A DNA stretch of 64,000 nt from Bdellovibrionales bacterium (GTDB taxonomy: Bacteria > Bdellovibrionota > Bdellovibrionia > Bdellovibrionales > JAGQZY01), in the NCBI GenBank assembly GCA_031426555.1, contig JANPLN010000015.1:1-64000 (forward strand), read 5' to 3'. The translations under genes were made by a program, and so were the position numbers. The notes beneath the pieces were generated by a model. That model worked only from the letters and a program-made list of their open reading frames with translations, was not told the origin of the DNA and ran no database searches. Shown in pieces: positions 60,456 through 64,000 of this stretch (positions are counted from its first letter, which is position 1; each line of letters opens with the position of its first letter).

Positions 60456-60980
60456 ATGAAAAAGTGGATCTCAACAATCTTGTGTTTGAACTTTGTAGTA
60501 GCAACCATGGCTCGGGGTCAGGGGTCCAACAACCCGTTGGCTCCGGCTCCTATTGCGCCGGTCACTGCTGCGGAAAAAGTAAGTGTTTACAGCTTTTTAG
60601 AGTGGAAATCGGCTCGCGTTCACGAAGCTCAGCAAAAGCTCGAAACCCTCAGCAAAGCCCAAGGGCACAACCAAAGCCAAGTTTGGCAAGAGGGAAAATC
60701 CGCAGACACCGCAGAGGATGTGGGTAAGACCAGCGAACAAAAGCTCACCTTCAATGTGGATGTGGCCCTCCAACTCAACATCCATGACTATTTTTCTATG
60801 TATCTGAAAATGCTCAGTTTAGAAGAATTTAGAGAAGCCACTAAAAAGTTGACCGAGGACGAAAAGAGCGAACTCCTCATCGCTTACAGAAATACGCAAG
60901 ACAAAGAGAAAAAACTCCCTCTCAAATTTTCCAAATCCACCAAAGATAACGCAAAGAGTAAAGCCTCCGAAATCCAATAA
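60456..60980 (+). CDS. Hypothetical exported protein
   Basis: Signal peptide from ATG 60456, GAGG SD. Confidence 0.75.
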   Translation: MKKWISTILCLNFVVATMARGQGSNNPLAPAPIAPVTAAEKVSVYSFLEWKSARVHEAQQKLETLSKAQGHNQSQVWQEGKSADTAEDVGKTSEQKLTFNVDVALQLNIHDYFSMYLKMLSLEEFREATKKLTEDEKSELLIAYRNTQDKEKKLPLKFSKSTKDNAKSKASEIQ

Positions 60981-60996
60981 TAATAGCTCCGTCACC

Positions 60997-61025
60997 TTGA
61001 CAGGGACTGGGGCTATTTCCATATT
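60997..61025 (+). promoter_or_regulatory. Putative groESL promoter
   Basis: TTGACA-N17-CATATT (CCTTGA...CCATAT context also resembles sigma32 promoters); no CIRCE seen. Confidence 0.6.
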
Positions 61026-61073
61026 GCTTCCACATATGAGTAAAAATTGATTTTAAAGACCAGGAGGTATTTA

Positions 61074-61373
61074 ATGGGCTCTACAGAAACTATTCGTCCT
61101 TTACATGATCGGATTCTCGTTCGCAGAATGAAGGAAGATGAAAAAACAGCTGGTGGACTTTATATTCCAGACACCGCTAAAGAAAAACCACAAAAAGGCG
61201 AAGTGATCGCCACAGGAAAAGGTCGCGTTAACGAAGACGGAAAAGTTTTCCCTCTCGAAGTTAAAGCCGGCGACAAAGTGCTTTTCAGCAAATATGCAGG
61301 CACAGATCTTAAGTTTGGAAGTGAAGACTATCTAATGATTACTGAGAACGATGTTCTTGGAATATTAAATTAG
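61074..61373 (+). CDS. groES: Co-chaperonin GroES
   Basis: [30 protein letters not shown]. Confidence 0.99.
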   Translation: MGSTETIRPLHDRILVRRMKEDEKTAGGLYIPDTAKEKPQKGEVIATGKGRVNEDGKVFPLEVKAGDKVLFSKYAGTDLKFGSEDYLMITENDVLGILN

Positions 61374-61386
61374 TATCTTGAATTAA

Positions 61387-63063
<1,677 letters not shown>

Positions 63064-63092
63064 TCATCGCTGAACATTCCTTTTCTTTAAAG

Positions 63093-63118
63093 AGCCCGAG
63101 AGACCCTCGGGCTTTTTT
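63093..63118 (+). terminator. Intrinsic terminator after groEL
   Basis: AGCCCGAG-agacc-CTCGGGCT followed by T-run. Confidence 0.88.
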
Positions 63119-63155
63119 GTTGTTTGTTGGTCTTGAAGTCGGTATTTTGGATCCT

Positions 63156-63653
63156 ATGAAAACAATCATCTTCCTCACGTTCTTTTGTTTCAGTTCTTTG
63201 TCTTTAGCAGCCCTCACTCCCACCGAAAAAGACAAAATACTTTTTATGATTTTTGAAAATCAGAGCAAAAAAATCACGACCAAAGACAAAACAAAATGCC
63301 CTAAAGGTGCGACCAATTGGGAATGCACGAATGTCACAGCCAAAAATTTTTTGATGAATTTGTTGCGTGTGAATTTGCCACAGGGATTTACCCAAACTAC
63401 GGAAGTCCTCTGTGATGCCATAACTCCCGAGACTCAAAAGCAGATCGAAGCTAGCGAAAGCGCTCAATTTTGGGCTGTGGATTTTCAGCGCGAAGTGAAA
63501 CAAAGTCTTAAAGGCCAATGGGTTTGTCGGTTAGAAGTGCTGCAGGCGGATTCGCAGCAGTGGAAACTGGGTCTCGCTTTTATCATGAATCGCGATAAGA
63601 GCCGGATTGTCTCGCGACGCTTCTCTGCCTGGCGCCTTGTTCAAAACATGTAA
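63156..63653 (+). CDS. Hypothetical exported protein
   Basis: Signal peptide MKTIIFL...SLA, paired Cys. Confidence 0.7.
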   Translation: MKTIIFLTFFCFSSLSLAALTPTEKDKILFMIFENQSKKITTKDKTKCPKGATNWECTNVTAKNFLMNLLRVNLPQGFTQTTEVLCDAITPETQKQIEASESAQFWAVDFQREVKQSLKGQWVCRLEVLQADSQQWKLGLAFIMNRDKSRIVSRRFSAWRLVQNM

Positions 63654-64000
63654 CTCGCGCCGAAGCTGAGTGTTTGGAAGCGCTGGCTGCCTTTGACGGA
63701 TGCGGAAGGACGATTTCCTCCGCCATTGAAGTCGCTCATGAATGTTGTAAAATCCAATGCCGAGTTTAACAAAATTCTCTCGCTCCATCGGTAATCCAAT
63801 AAAAAGCGAAACGATACAATTTTGCTATCTTCAGCACCGGAACTCCAGGGGCTTTCCTTGTAATTCGAATTGATATACCAATTCAATGTTGCGCCTAAGT
63901 ACCAACGGTTCGCCATATCAAGCGGAGTTTTTCCGCCAAGGACCAGGCGGAGGCCCGAATACTCCGTATCGTTCAAACCGTTGTTAGAGCTGATATCTAC
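63641..64000 (-). CDS. C-terminal part of an outer-membrane beta-barrel protein (truncated by window)
   Basis: Frame open to window edge; amphipathic strands ending GASYMF (C-terminal Phe). Confidence 0.7.
   Translation of the reverse strand, partial: VDISSNNGLNDTEYSGLRLVLGGKTPLDMANRWYLGATLNWYINSNYKESPWSSGAEDSKIVSFRFLLDYRWSERILLNSALDFTTFMSDFNGGGNRPSASVKGSQRFQTLSFGASYMF

Noticed and set aside
60981..61073. CIRCE operator upstream of groES
   Set aside because: No TTAGCACTC-N9-GAGTGCTAA match seen

Overview
Mostly core-genome, probably origin-proximal, chromosomal segment of a Bdellovibrionota (Bdellovibrio-like) bacterium. The taxonomic call is inferred from the Bd0055-type histone and the gene order. 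In order, the window holds: a perfect parS site, parA-parB-bactofilin, the ATP synthase b'/b/delta/alpha/gamma/beta/epsilon genes (no a or c), nagZ, mfd, a membrane-arm-only complex I operon (nuoA-H-J-K-L-M-N), patatin, lon, an LpoA-like lipoprotein, dnaJ-like/grpE/hemW, an M16 protease, tatBC plus a metallophosphoesterase, a bacterial histone, rplU-rpmA-obgE-(nadD::rsfS fusion)-rlmH, kup, comF, lolA-rimO, hpt/TPR/bamD, an astB/astE-less succinyltransferase cluster with mltG, a Cys-rich lipoprotein with a barrel-OmpA partner, and groES-groEL. I saw no rRNA, tRNA, CRISPR array, transposase or prophage. The most notable items are: a 64-aa histone-fold gene directly upstream of an L21 with an H1-like Lys/Ala tail and an SD-occluding hairpin; a NadD-RsfS fusion; a 236-bp palindromic MITE/REPIN-like element whose ends form the stop codons of two convergent genes; an orphan gene bracketed by 24-bp direct repeats; a recurring leaderless-promoter signature; and an AST-like pathway that may act on ornithine. 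All functional calls rest on motif recognition by eye; no searches were run.
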